Part shown: one piece after another, positions 1-15,384 of the stretch
Layout of the letters: each line of letters starts with the position of its first letter
Numbering within the stretch: the first letter of the stretch is position 1
Source: Lepidodermella squamata
Lineage: Eukaryota; Animalia; Gastrotricha
Assembly (NCBI GenBank): GCA_047495785.1
Contig: JBLDXI010000009.1
Span: forward strand, 5,022,001 to 5,086,000
Direction: 5' to 3'
DNA length: 64,000 nt
Made by a program: the position numbers and the translations under genes
Notes under the pieces: generated by a model
The model's input: the letters and a program-made list of their open reading frames with translations, nothing else
Database searches by the model: none
Told to the model about the DNA's origin: nothing

Positions 1-1
1 C

Positions 2-2606
2 GCTACGGCTGCTGCGACGGGTTCGAAATTTGTGAAACTGGAGCGTATGAAGAATGTCTTGCTAATTGGGCTGAACCGAGCCGATAAGCGGAATGCAGTC
101 AATCAACAGGTTGCAAGCGAGCTGACCGCCGCTGTTGAACAGCTGGAACGCGATGATGTCAGTTCGAATTTTTATCTGCTTTGAAACTAGGATAGGCATA
201 GTATACTTAAAACAGTGGAGTACCCAACCTGTATTATTAAGGCCTCGGATCTTGCGCAGTATCTCGCTGGCTTCAAATCTAACCTTGTTTCCTAAAATTT
301 CAAGTACGAGAAATATCTGTGTTTCCGAATGTAATTTTTTCTGCCGGTTTCCACTTTTTCCTCCTTTTCACAAGAAATTTTCACAAAATTCTGGCGACTA
401 AGGAAAAATCAGTTTTGAAACAGGGTGGCTGAGCTAGCAGGTAAAATATAATAAAAGAGAATAATAAAAGAGACACAGTCTTAATCATCATAATCACCGG
501 GGCCAAAGGTTATGAAGGTATCATCTTCGTGAATTCCAGCAAATTGAACGGCAGCAAATTTTCCTTGCGGGAGGATAGCCAATCCACGGTCTCGGCCCTA
601 GGACGCTTGCGGTCATCTTGTGCACAAAAAAGCACATCAACACAGGAATTCGGTTTGCCCAGGTTTTTTGAGCGGCGATTATTGTGAATTTGTCGAATTT
701 CGTCTATTCCTGAGGCTTTGCCGTTTTTTATATGGTCTATAGCGCTCTTTTTTCATCAATTGATATTCCTATTACATCAGAGTTTATATGCGTAATCTGC
801 GAGAGGAAACGTCTGACTTCGATTGGGCCTTGCACGGTCGTAGCCCTCTTTACCGTTAAACCCTTGTAGCCTGATTTTTCAATTTTCAATTTTTCGTTTC
901 ACTGAAATTTCGTTACGTCTGTCATGTGACCTGTTGTCCCTTGCGAGGCCGTTGGTTATTGCGGGGCTCGATTTTAACACAAGATATTGAAGTTGTTGTG
1001 CGGAAGGACGTAGAAACGGTGATGGAAGATATATTGGCCTATTAGGAAAGAGATATTTACAATACCGTTAGCGACTATCTGAGAGCCATTCGGAAGATTG
1101 ATAATGATCGTCGAACTAGCGTCGGTATTTTCTTGAAGCGTTATTCAAGAGGCAACCTCAGCTAAACCGGTGATTTTCGAGATGAAGATTTCATTGCTGG
1201 ACTTGCTTCTGAATACGCAACTTGGGGCGGTGACTTGGTCGAAGGAGTGGAAAACCACACTCGCAGCAGTATGAGTGACGATGACCGTTAGGTGTTGATT
1301 TATTGGCTTGCAAAATTTTCAACCCGACCCAGACCTGATCGCCATTCTTGAAGAGGACGGAGCTAATACCAAAGCCGAATTCGCCGAAAACAACAGAGGC
1401 ATTATTCATCTCTTCTGCTAAAAGGTAAAGGCCATAAGGGCAAAGCATTTTTCGATAGACGTCATCTGGAGGTTCTACTAACCCACGTACACGTATCGAT
1501 GTAGCACGAGAAATAATCATCTATAATAGAAATGTTAGGGTAGCAAGCCGATATTAAGCAGCCGGTCGCCGGTCTTCAAGAGTTCTGTCATCAACTCTGC
1601 GTTCTGGCCATTGCTTCTGAGTTTGAAATATGGTCAATAAGCGTTAGTGGTATCAGCCTTGGAAGGTTAGGTTAGCATCAACGAGATTAGGGTATGATAA
1701 CCGGAATCGTAACCCGTCGACTACAACTGATTAGCAAAACATGACTTCCTGTTCAAAAGTGTTGACATTCGCGGCCCAAATTCTGATTGACATGATTGAT
1801 TACAGCAATTCAAGGAACGCTAATAATAGGATTCGACAGAGTGATGCAACACGCCACCCATTCGGGGATGGTTTTTAGAGTTAGCGATCTGTTTTAATGC
1901 TCTTTAGATTTGTGTGATGAGCTTATGTTTCCTTTTTTAGGAATTGTCTGTCGGCGTGTTGTACGGCGAAGGCGGCAATTTCTGCGCAGGTTACGATCTG
2001 AAAGAACTCTCACAATGGGACCTATCAAAACCCATCACCAAACCCCCTGGCAACGAAGAACAGGGTTTGGGCTTTATGGGCCCAACGCGGCGTTTCATCA
2101 AAAAACCACTCATAGCCGCTGTCACGGGTTACGCCGTAGCGGGCGGGTTAGAACTAGCCCTTATGTGTGACATGCGGGTGGCGGATGACTCGAGTATTTT
2201 CGGCGTATTTTGCCGGAAACACGGCGTTCCGCTGATTGACGGTGGCACCGTGAGATTGCCGGCATTGATCGGGCTTTCTCGGGCTACTGATTTGATTCTG
2301 ACGGGTAGGCAGGTGTTGGCGAGGGAGGCCTTTGAAATCGGCCTGGTCAACCGGTTAGTGCCGACTGGTGCTGCATTGGGTCAAGCTGTTCAGTTGGCGA
2401 ATTCGCTGGCGGCTAGGCCGCAGAAATGTCTGCTGGCTGATCGGCGGTCGGCGTATTACGCGACTTACAACGCGACTTCGATTTCAAAGGCGATGGATTT
2501 CGAGTTCATGTACAGCAGTAATGTGATCACCCAGGAGGCTGTTCAAGGCGCGAAGAAGTTTATCGAGGAAGAAAGGTCGAATAAAGGAGCCTCTTCGAAG
2601 CTGTAA
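2..2606 (+). CDS. Enoyl-CoA hydratase/isomerase (crotonase family), probably peroxisomal; 5'-partial, exons <2-157 and 1941-2606
   Basis: Exon 1 translates ...LLIGLNRADKRNAVNQQVASELTAAVEQLERDD; GT(cagt) donor at 158, ttttag acceptor at 1940; exon 2 has FCAGYDL, KPLIAAVTGYAVAGGLELALMCD, GVPLIDGGT crotonase motifs; C-terminus SKL* matches PTS1. Confidence 0.92.
696..780 (-). mobile_element. Short LINE (non-LTR) reverse transcriptase relic in intron
   Basis: Minus strand reads ISIDE..(frameshift)AIDHIKNGKASGIDEI, resembling the AI..LK.GKAPGPDGI motif at the N-terminus of LINE RTs; no continuing ORF. Confidence 0.45.
974..1215 (-). mobile_element. Degenerate LTR-retrotransposon aspartic protease-like fragment in intron
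   Basis: Minus strand: SSNEIFISK...*...IINLPNGSQIVANGIVNISFLIGQYIFHHRFYVLPHNNFNILC*, resembling the flap and C-terminal region of Ty3/gypsy proteases; catalytic D(S/T)G not intact. Confidence 0.35.
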
Positions 2607-2717
2607 TATGGTGAAAAATCAGACTCGAACCGTGATATTGTGATGTCAGTTGTTTAGATTCTATAGCGAGGAAATGATTGTGCCAATAAATGGACGTTTT
2701 GTTTAATAATTCTTCTT

Positions 2718-4172
2718 TTAAAATACATTCAAACCAAGGGACAATTCGATTGAAGTAGCATAGTGCCAAAGCCGGAAAAGGTATTCAATTCGTGCTTTCC
2801 GTGGTGTTTTCGAAGGCAGGAGGGAGACATTCTTTTTAAAAATAAAGAGCTGGGGATAATTGATCTTATTCCTCTTCAGATCATTGGCTTCCAAAACTGT
2901 ATGGCTTCTTTGCAACTGGCGACAAGGTATGAGATGAACAGCTGGGTTGCCCCGTCAGACGTAACGGTATACTCCGTAAAAACAGAGCTCCTGTTTCAGT
3001 TTCAATGTTTGGCAGATTTTGTCGATATCTGTCACAAAATATAACTGCAAAAGCTACGAACACTTTTCTTTTCCCGGGAAAGCCACAGCTGGGGCAAAAC
3101 CCGAAAAAATCGGATGACAAAAGCTCGGCAATTTTTGACAAATACCTATTTGTATTTTGCTGTATTTTGCCATACTGGTCACAGATTTCGTAATTCAACA
3201 TTTTTTGATGAGAATTATATTCCCGTGCTGTACGCTCCAATCCTGCTGCATTGGCTTTCTCAGCAGTTCTCAGAAATCCCGAAGGCCTTTCAATTCACGG
3301 CAGCAGTATTGAAAAGCTTGCTTTCTTGCCTGCCGATTTCTTTGCGAAACCTTAAACCAACGCTGTGGTAAGTTTACTTCTGTCCTCTCTCTTCTCCTTG
3401 CTTATTTACTAATTACTAATAGCCGCTTCGATAGTCGAAATACTGCTATAGGGCTAGGTTAGTTGCATCATGAGTAACAAAGATGGATATCATCGGTATG
3501 ACGCGCATAGCAAAGTATTCCTGAGTCCTGAATCCTGAACTTGATCCTTACAATGATTATCCTTAATCCTTATTGCCAGTCCGATAGCAGATCATAGAAG
3601 TCCTCTCCTAAAGTTTCTCCATCCTGCGTTTTCCTCTCCGTAATTCCTCCAAATTCACTGAAGAGAGCAGGCTGAATTCAATGACTTTTGATAACGAGTC
3701 ACAGCTTCCATGCACATTTCAGATACCAACGGTATCGCAGTGGATACTTCACGCTGGCTAAGCAGAGTCATTACCTGTCCTCGAGTTAGAATGCCCAGAG
3801 CAGCTAGAGACTGGAAAAGAGAAAACCTGAATGAGAGACGATTCAGCTTCTGTGAACGTGAATTACACTAATATTCGCTCGTAAAGTTCGAACGACCATT
3901 ATCAATCCACTCCTGGGGTCCCTATTGACGCTGTTAGGAACAACAACGCAACACGAATCGACAAGCTCAAGGGCCCGCTCAACGGCTTCTTTACGTTCGG
4001 TGCGTGAAAGAACACGAAGAGGCACGTCAGGGAGATTGGTATTGATCAAAAGTCGTCTCAGCTTTTCTATCAATGCATCGGCGTGTTCCTCCGGAGAATC
4101 AATGTTGCAAGTATCTCCAATCGGATCAAGTGTAAGACGTAAACGTGACCCTGACGCGCCGAAAGCTGCCAT
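2718..4172 (-). pseudogene. Possible multi-exon gene or pseudogene of unknown product; last exon resembles an RA/FERM-N ubiquitin-like segment
   Basis: ATG ORF 4172-3843, small AG..GT-bounded exon SLAALGILTRGQ near 3800, last exon after gtgacag (~3028) reads IDKICQTLKLKQELCFYGVYRYV*RGNPAVHLIPCRQL...QLFIFKKNV with one in-frame TGA; a complete model could not be assembled. Confidence 0.3.
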
Positions 4173-4680
4173 GCTTCGTTATATTGAAATGTAAAAGCTC
4201 CAAGCAATGATAGATATGCATTCGAATCTTCGCAGCTGTTTTATCTGATCGTAACTCTAATCATCATTTATTTAAGATGCGCGGTGGTGTTATCAATAAT
4301 AAATGGGGAGGTAAACTCCCCACCGATATGCGCTTGGCATCGCTGATTCGATATTCGATGCAACCTTGAAAATCGATATCTGAAATCCGATATCGTTCGG
4401 TAGGTTGATTTTATGTTTACAATTCAGTGTTAAAACGATGATTTAAGAACTTTTCTGCCACTTATTTACTCAAATTATTTACCCAGTAGATGAGATAAAT
4501 CGAGGCCGTGAGTCTTTAAACTGAAACGAATGAGCCAGCTATGCGTAACACCTTGTATTTCGCGATCCAAATGGCCCATGCAAACAAGACGTTCACAGGT
4601 GTAATGAGTTCACAACATGGCTCTACAAAACGCACATCGGTCTTAGAATCTGTGAAAGTTTTACTTTTGGCGAGGCAGAT

Positions 4681-6513
<1,833 letters not shown>

Positions 6514-7677
6514 CATTTCCCCCAAGATTCTGTTTTCACGGCTCAATGATGGGCCTCGATTTGATTGTTAGGCGTAGCCTCTTTGTTATCTTTGTTACCG
6601 TTTATATAATAAAGGCTTTTGCAACAAGTGATCAAATGTTTTTTGGTAAATCGAACAAACAATTGAATCTGATGATTCGATTATCCATTATAGCGCTAAT
6701 GTTTCGGTCACCTATTAGTTTTTGAATTTCATTTGATTTTTCAGATTTTTCGAGGTAATCGGCTATAAGTCGGGTGGATGCAAAAGTGTACCTTGCTAAG
6801 GTGTTGTGAATAGGGTGCGCACGTGACGCTTTTATTTGTTTACAGCAGGCGTCAGGTGAATAATAAAATGCTACACTGGAGTGCGCATCGAACGGCATAA
6901 TATAGGTGCCGATTAAGTTGTGGCAAACATTGCTATATACAATTCTATGAATGAAAGGCAAGCAGTAATCACACGCATTTATTCATGAATTCATAAATAA
7001 ATAACGCGCGTGACCGCGTCCTTCCGATTGGCGGTAGAACTATTTTACGGCAAAGCACATGCAATGCTGCGATGCCTGTAAAAATGCTTCTATAACCGTT
7101 TTACCGCAACCCGTGTTAATTTTACGGTCACCCTCTTCTTGCTAACGTCTGTTATCCCTCCGAGAGTTTCTCTCTATCGCTGGACTCTAAACCCTACTAG
7201 GAGTGAGGAAGAGTGACTTCACTCCAATTCGCTCAACAAAATAAAAAAATATGGACTTTTAAATAAGTATGTGTCATAATTTCTGCCGGTTGAATTTTTC
7301 GAACAGCGATGCAGCCAAGAGTTTTTTTTAGCAGAAGATAGCCCTTACATCTATACGCAGATCAAAAGAAACCTTCGTGGGTTATTATTATTATTATTTG
7401 CTATAAAGATCCCGCTAACAGGGTTGTGATCGAAGGAAAAGTGTGAACATATTTTCAAATTCTTCTTCAATCAAAACCCTGTAAAAACTTTTAATTTGGC
7501 AATTTTTTGTAGGAAGTTCAACTAATTTTATTAAATTAAACCTACCGAGAGAATATTCCATCTTTAATCCGCGATTTAACCGAAGAAATCTAAAATTTAC
7601 CGGAGGAAACCTGGAAACCCGCTGTATAACCTCTAAGTCGGTGTAGTTTTTTTGTTCTTACCAATAATGAAAATGCG

Positions 7678-8960
7678 ATGAAGCCGAGTTGGTTCCGAGT
7701 TGGAACCCACAGCTACCTAATCATCGGTGTTGCAACGATACTTGTAACCGTTTCAGTGTTTAATCAATTCTGCTGCAGATCAATTTATACCCCAGCAATC
7801 CCTCGGGATGGGACACCTACAATTCTTATCGCCACGTTATTTTTTGGCGGCAATTTCGAAGATGACGAATTGGGCCAACTGGCGCCAAATTGCCCGTATC
7901 AGTGCCGCGTAATTACCGAGTCGCAAATTACCGAAATCGGTATTGAAACCAGTCTAAAAATTTCCGACCTGGTTCTATTCCACGGCTACGCGCCTGATTT
8001 AGTCCCTGCGTTGCGGCGATTTTTGCCGTATCGCCGGCCTAAATTCAATCAGCGGTTGTTCTTGAATTCGAGTGATCAAATCTGGGCGTTTTTTGCCATG
8101 GAATCTCAGGACACCCAGCGGCGATTGGGCCGTAATTTGCACCCGATGATTGAGCCACGGCGGTTGGATTCAATTTTCAATTGGACCGTGTCGTTCCGCT
8201 CTGATTCAGACGTGTTCACGCCGTACCAATCTGTGAGAAATTTCGCCAAGTTTGGAGCGGAGAAATCGACTTATTTGCAATTTGTGACCTACAACCAGAC
8301 AAATCGAGCTAATTTGGGTGCGAAAAAGCGGCATCTAGCGGCGGTTATTAGCAACTGTGAAGCCTCTTCAGGACGGTTGGAATTGTTGGAAAAGCTTTCA
8401 AAACTTGGTCTTTCAGTGGACATCTACGGAAAGTAAGTTGATGCTTTCAGAAATATTTAAAAGATTTTCATCGGTGGATTTCACGAATTTTTAGATGCAG
8501 TCCGAATGGGCTCGAATGCCCAGGTAGCATGTCTCATGAATGTTACGCTTCACTGGCTCAAAAATACTTTTTCTACGCCTCATTCGAAAATTCGATATGC
8601 GCCGATTACGTAACAGAAAAGTTCTACAACATCCTCGACTACGCAATGGTACCTGTTGTGCTGGGTGGGGCTAATTTGACCCAGCTCATCGACGCCCCAC
8701 CGCGGTCACACATCGACGCGCAATCGTTCCAGTCGTTTGAACAACTCGCGGAATTTTTACTGAAAATTGCTGACAATTCGGAAGAGTATGCCAGTTATTT
8801 CGATTGGAAACGCGAATATCAGCTAGTAAAAGACGTGACTCTAACACCATTATGTGGTCTATGTAAGAAATTACACGAAAATCGGACGAAAAAAGTGATT
8901 GATGATATGAAGCAATGGCTTATAGACGGTGCGAAGTGCAGAACACTGATATATTCATGA
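7678..8960 (+). CDS. Alpha-1,3-fucosyltransferase (GT10), copy 1; exons 7678-8432, 8495-8960
   Basis: N-terminal type II TM anchor, DLVLFH, FNWTVSFRSDSD, ISNC, VDIYGKC, YFFYASFENSICADYVTEKF (alpha-1,3-FucT motif), VPVVLG, Y.SYFDWK. Confidence 0.95.
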
Positions 8961-9451
8961 TATTGTGCCAGCTCATTTTGCTAAAATTGACGACTTATTT
9001 TCACCATTAGAAATTTTCTATGAATTTTCGAATAAAATGATAAAAATTGTAAAATGGCTTTTGTGCGCAGGGATTTGTTTAAGATTTCAGGTATTCAAAA
9101 TGAGATTCTCTCTTCTAGAAGTTGCGCAACCATTACTGTGGCTAGGGGCCGTTCACAACGCAGCTAATCCTCTTTCAATAGCTCATTATGACTTTTCTCA
9201 GAGCATCTCATAATTTAGGCTCGAACATACGTGAAGGCTTAGGGCTTGCGCACAGAGCCATATTTTGCGCGCAAAAAAGTTCACGCACTTTGATTGCGCA
9301 TTTTTTGCGCGAGCGCAATAATTAATGTGAATTTCTTACATTCCAGGCCCTCATTACCTGCTTAAATAAAGAAGGAAATCATTTGAAACTTGCATTTCGA
9401 CCGTTTTATAATGCTTCTTAATTTATATAGGATTTAAGTGTTCCATATTAT

Positions 9452-10961
9452 ATGCGGATTTTAATTGATATCGTAATTATTATTTTAATTGTTACTCAAT
9501 TTTTATGTCGACCAGTCGAAACATCTAACATTCCTGCCATTCTTATCGCTACAAAATTTTTCGGCGATGCTTTTGAAAACGACGAATTGGGCCGAATGCC
9601 GTTAAATTGCCCTTATAAATGCCGCGTGATTAATGAATCTTTGATTGATAAAATCGGCTTCGAAACTGCGCTAAAACAGGCTGATTTAGTTCTATTCCAC
9701 GGTTATGCTCCTGATTTATTACCGAATTTACGCCGGTATTTGCCGTATCGTAAAATCACTCAAGCGAAACGGCCGAGTTTAGATTTAACGAATCAAATCT
9801 GGGCATTTTTTGCCATGGAAACAGCTGATACTCTTAAATTTCTAATGGGCCCGCTTTACCCCATTATCGGTCCAACAAGTGTTTATTCCGTTTTCAACTG
9901 GACCGTATCGTTCCGCTCAGATTCAGACGTGTTCACTCCGTATCAAGCTGTCAGAAAATTTGAGAGAATTGACGCGATAAGTCAAATGAATTCGACAAAT
10001 TTACGATTTTCGGCCTTCAACGCCAGTGATCCTGTGATACTGAACGGGAAGAAGCGGCACATTGCGGCTGTTATCAGCAATTGCGGAGCTTTTTCCGGTC
10101 GATTTCAACTGCTGGAACAACTTTCAAAACTTGGCCTTACAGTTGATATTTACGGAAAGTATGTCCCATTAAATTAAATAAAAAAATCATAAATTCTAAA
10201 GGTAAAGGTGTATTTCACATTTTCCTGATTTTTAATTAATTTTTAAGATAATAAATTTCTGGAGAACCCTTTTTTACTGCGATTTGAATTTTTTTCTGAT
10301 TGGGAATATTTTGAAAAAATTGAAACTAAATTACGATGCCTTCAAAGCTCTAAAAAATGTAGCACCTATCTTTTCCAGGTGTAGTCCGAATGGTCTCAAG
10401 TGCCTGGGCAGAATGTCTCACGAATGTTACACTTCACTGGCTCAGAAATACTTCTTTTACGCCTCATTTGAAAACTCTATATGCGCCGATTACGTGACCG
10501 AAAAGTTCTACAACATCCTCGACTACGACATGATACCTGTTGTGTTAGGCGGGGCCAATTTGACCCGGCTGATTAATGCCCCACCGAGGTCACACATCGA
10601 CGCGCAATCGTTCCAGTCGGTTGAACAACTCGCAGAATTCCTATTGAAAATTGCTGGAAATTTAGAGGAGTATGCCAGATATTTCGATTGGAAACGCGAA
10701 TATCAGCTAGCGAAAGACGTGACTCTCAACCCGTTATGTGGTCTGTGTAAGAAACTACACGAAAATCGCACGAATAAAGTTATTCCGGACATGAAACAAT
10801 GGCTCATAGACGATGCGAAGTGTGCAAGATTGAAAATTATCACCTACATCTACCCTCCCAACACAATTTCTCTATGGGTTAACATTTCGTATATAACTTT
10901 CATTATTTCAAGCTTTTCTACCGTTGTTATCAAACATGTGAAAAAAGTTTATTATTCCTGA
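9452..10961 (+). CDS. Alpha-1,3-fucosyltransferase (GT10), copy 2; exons 9452-10158, 10379-10961
   Basis: Same motifs and same phase-2 intron position as copy 1; exon 2 closely similar at DNA level; longer hydrophobic C-terminal tail. Confidence 0.94.
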
Positions 10962-10992
10962 TTATACAAAAAATTCAAGCAATAAAATGTGT

Positions 10993-13900
10993 CTAAAGAG
11001 CAAAGTTCTTCTCGTCCCATTCGTCTTCAATTTTGTTTTCAGCAGTAATTATCGTCGAATTTTGAGTCTCGTCCAACAACTTAATCGTGCTCAAATTCGC
11101 CATCTGATTGTCGTGGTAGCTATCCCCGACTTGAAGATTCGTCATTTCAGGCACCGGAACTGTCAACAACCGGCTCGTAGGTCGAGAAAATTGAACCGCG
11201 GCATTAGTTGTTGTAGCAATGGTGTTCGGGAATGGCTGTTGGTCGTCGTCGAAAATGAAATCGGCTTCGACAGATCGCAGCATGTACTCGAGCTTGCTTC
11301 GAATTTCAGGCGAAAAATTCATGAGATACAGCGATTTTTTGTCCTTGGCTGCTTTGACCAACACCAAGCGCCAAGCCTTGGAATAAATAGAAAAAATTTT
11401 AAATTAGAAAATTAAATTCTGAAATAATTATAATTAAAATTAAAATTCTGAAATTTTTTGAAATAAAATTCGAATGTGGAATTTAGCTCGAAAATTTCAA
11501 AAAATTTCAATTCTTTTCATGAACAATCATTTTACCTGAAGTGATGTGTAATCGACATGTCTGCAAAATCGGCCATCGATAACAAGCCGACGAACCGTGA
11601 CCGAGCCATCGCCGTTCGGATCCTCTAAACAGCGCAACATTTTGCGCGTGAAATTCTCCGCGCCCGGGAAGCGTACGTCACGCTTCATGAACAGCGTGAC
11701 CGATGGTCCGTGAACTTGGAAGTCGGCATCAGACCCGGTCATGTGACCTGACCCGCGCGACTCGGTCGTAGACATGAGGCGGACTAGTTGCCGCTCCATG
11801 GCTGGCGTGACTACGGCAATGGGGCTTTCGCGGACGTTGGACCATAAAATGGCGCCCAGGCTCAGGGCGATGGCTAGTAAAACGCCGAAAGCTAGGTTGT
11901 AGAACAGGCATACGACGAAGGTGAAGAAGAAGAAGAACAAGTCGGGCTTGTACAATCGCCACATATCAATCGCCTGATTTCATAAAATATGACAAATTAA
12001 CACAAATTTCGCAAGCAGTTCGATAATAAATAAAATAAAAAATGTCCGAAATTAGGTCAAATTATACAAAATTCTCACAAGTTGGACCATTCCGTCGCTT
12101 TCAAAGCGCTTTAAAAATTTATTTTAGAACATCCCAAGCTGAGGCTAAAGTTTTTCTTTCTTTGATTGCAAACAACTTATGGCATGTCGAGAAATTATGA
12201 AAAATCAAGAATTTGGAAAATAGGCTATCTAGTCCATCTTAATTACTCGCAAATCAGGTCAGTTGTCGCAACAATAAAAAACAGATAAAAAAGTGCGCGC
12301 ATAATTAGGTCACGCAAACTCACAATGACCCGAATTGACCCACTTTAAATTGCGCGCATTTCATTACAAATTTTAGGCACCTTCCTAACAATTAGGAATA
12401 GAGCATGTTGGTACTCTTTCGACTCCACTCAACGAGGCGGTCATTGTTTCATTAAAAATTAAATATTTAGAATTTCCTGTAATTTTTCGTGAAAAAATTA
12501 CCGTTGGGTAGTCGAATAAATGAAGAGCAGCCGAGATCAGAATCGCCGCTAACGCTGCCTTGGGCACAAAGTAGAAAACCTGCGTCAAAGTCGCTGTCGA
12601 AATGATGACAATGGCAGCCGAAAACACGGACGCCAGTTGCGATTTGACCTTGCATTGGTTATTCAGCACAGTTTTAGCCGTAGCGATCGTTATCGGATGT
12701 GCGCCAACAAACGACTGAAAAACGTTAGCCAAGCCAATTGCGAAGAGTTCATTGTTAGGCCGAACGTCGTAGCCATTTTTACGGCCCATGGCTCGCGAGA
12801 TGGCAAACATTTCAGCCATCGACATGACCGGCATTGCGATGAAAGCGGTGGCTAATTTTTTGAAAATTTCACTGGTCGTCTCAATAACGACCTGGCTCGT
12901 TTTTACCGATTCCGCAATCGATTCGATTGATCGAGTAATCGAGGAGAAATTTCCGATATTAATCAACTCAGGATGGCTGGAAATTAGCTTTGAGGCGGTT
13001 TCATTGACTAGGCTGAATCTCGGTAAGCTCCATTCGGGTAGCCCAGGTTTAATATACCCGACCAGGGTCAATTTATAATTCGGATTTTCGACGTTAATTT
13101 CAATAAAATACGAAACAGCCGTTGCTAAAATGAAGACAATACTATTTCGGCTAGCGGCAACGAATCGTAAAGTCTCGATGATAACGTTGACCAGTCGATT
13201 TTGGCTTGAAAATCGAATTTCCAACTGGCGGATGATGAAAGATGTCACGATGTCGATTGAGAGTAGGAATGTGATTAGAGTTAGGCCGTAAACTGTGTCG
13301 CTGATTCGAATTTCGTGGGAATTTTCGAAAACGTGACCAACTTGACGGACGAAAACGAATGATGAGCCTCGGAAGGGTTCATGAATACCGAAAAGCGACT
13401 TCAATTGACCTTTGGAATACATTAATTTCATATTTTTTTCATCACGCTATCGAAATAAAAAATTTGAAAATAATAATTTCATTAAAATTAAATAATCGGA
13501 ATCGATAGAAAATTTAATTTCAATTTTTTAAATAAATTCTCGATTTTAATAAAAATAGCTAGGAAGATTCCCGAAGTTATTAAATTTTCTTGAATTTTTT
13601 TTAATTTATTGAAGATAATTTAAAATTCTTGGCTAATGAATTTTTACTTACTTCCAATGATAGCGAAGCAAGCAGCAGTTGAAAATCCACTGATGACAGG
13701 TATCGAGAAAAAATTAGCGACAAAACCGAAGCGGAAAGCGCCAAGGAATAGGATGATGGCTCCGCTGACGAAAGCTAGGGCAGCGGCGTAGGTGTTGTCG
13801 CCTTCTTCATTGAGCGGGTTCAATAAATTGAAACGACCAACAAGCATTGAACCGATGGCCGAAGGTCCGACTACGGCTTCTCGGCATGTGCCGAAAAGCA

Positions 13901-14232
13901 TGTAGATTAATTGGCCGAAAAACGAACTGTAGAGGCCGAATTCAGGCCGAAGATACGCCATTTGGGCATAGGCCTTGAAAAATCGGAAAAAATATCAAAC
14001 ATTTAAATGTTTTCAATTTTTTCGAACAGCTTACCAGTGAAACTGGGAGCAAAGTTAGGCCGACCGTGATACCGGCGATGAAATCGTACGGTATGTAAGA
14101 CATTCTGTATTAAAAATTAATTATTCTTTCGCCGAAAAATTCAAGGATTTTTTACCTGTAGTTTTGAAGCCATTCGATGATCGGGAAGGCCTGCTTTACG
14201 TAGTGAATAGCTTTATGTTTTAGTTTCAACAT
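10993..14232 (-). CDS. SLC26/SulP anion transporter (SLC26A11-like) with STAS domain; exons 14232-14156, 14104-14035, 13973-13652, 13409-12502, 11973-11536, 11376-10993
   Basis: FPIIEWLQNY, DFIAGITVGLT, GLYSSF, VGPSA, PVISGF, NELFAIG, VPKAALAAILI, STAS LVIDG..VDYTSLQ; in-phase GT-AG junctions. Confidence 0.93.
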
Positions 14233-14589
14233 TTTTGAGAAATAATAACTGGCTTGTAAGCAAGCACCTTGTACCGCTTGCTAGTTTAAACTTGAAATTT
14301 GAATTATTTGATAAGTTGCCTTATGGCGTCCATATTTTGAGTTCACACGTGCTCATCACGTGCTTCATAGCTCACGTGTTCCAAGACCGCAACTTTTTCA
14401 TTATTTTGCCACTCAAATTCTCGAAAATTATGGGACAAGTTCTATTTTCAAAACAGCCAGCCCCGGAAAAGGACAAGTTTTTTATTTGTATTTTCGCGTA
14501 TTTAATATCACGCGTTACATTTTTTGAAAAAAAAACAATATTTTATAAAAAAAATTGGATTGCGTCTCGAGAACTTGGTTGAATTGAAA

Positions 14590-15384
14590 TCAGCAATACC
14601 AGCCTCGGTGGCAGCCGACTCGGCCTCGATAGCATCCTCCGCTGCCGTAGCCGCAACTCGGCCCGTAATAGCCTGCGTTGTAAAATCTGTTGCCGCAATA
14701 ATTGCGGCGATAAGTCGTCGGTGGTGCCAACACGACGTTATTGTTCGGATTATTTCCGACGTAGTAAGCATTCTGTGAATTGAAAAAAACCGTCGTCAAC
14801 AATAATAATTGATTTTTGCAGCCTAAAATTATTCGGCATTCATGAATAATCAACCAAAAAGCAAACTATGGCTTTGAACTATGGCCAAGTCATTTTTAAC
14901 GAAGGAAATTAAAGGGTCTTACTTTTAGCGGAACCAAATTTGACTGTTAGCGGAACCAAATTTCGAAATTTTCAATGGGCCAAAAGTCACTTTTCGAACC
15001 TTTCAAGCTTGTCATGATTAATCAGCATAATTTGAAATAAATCATCATTAAATTCAGCGTAAAATTCTGTATGAGACGCATTCTACACTATTCTAAATAT
15101 GTACTAACAGTTTAATTTCTAAAATCTTGAAGAAATAAGTACCTAATTGAATTTTGTTTCCCGTAAAAATGCCGTTAAAATAAGGGATTGCAAATATGAG
15201 ATGTGAATGCTCAATTAGCTTCGATTTTGACCCACATTTTTTTGGATTTTTCCTTGTGACAATTTGCCGCTGGATTGTAAAAATTAAACGCTCATTTTCA
15301 AAGACCTACCTGAAATGCAGGGTATCCTTGGTAGATGAATCCACCTTGATGATACGCAACAGGCCTAGCGACGTATGAGCCCAT
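14590..15384 (-). CDS. Microprotein D (85 aa), Gly/Tyr/Cys-rich; exons 15384-15310, 14772-14590
   Basis: MGSYVARPVAYHQGGFIYQGYPAFQ|NAYYVGNNPNNNVVLAPPTTYRRNYCGNRFYNAGYYGPSCGYGSGGCYRGRVGCHRGWYC*; cag|gtaggt donor, ttcacag acceptor, phase 0; paralogous to neighbours. Confidence 0.75.

Noticed and set aside
1944-2606. Bacterial-like enoyl-CoA hydratase as contamination or recent HGT
   Set aside because: Has a spliceosomal intron and a PTS1 signal, and this crotonase type also occurs in animals
14508-14778. Ala-rich ORFs 14508-14771 (-) and 14524-14778 (+); also 17343-17609 and 17422-17616
   Set aside because: Alternate frames or antisense of microprotein second exons; splice phase selects the Gly/Tyr frame
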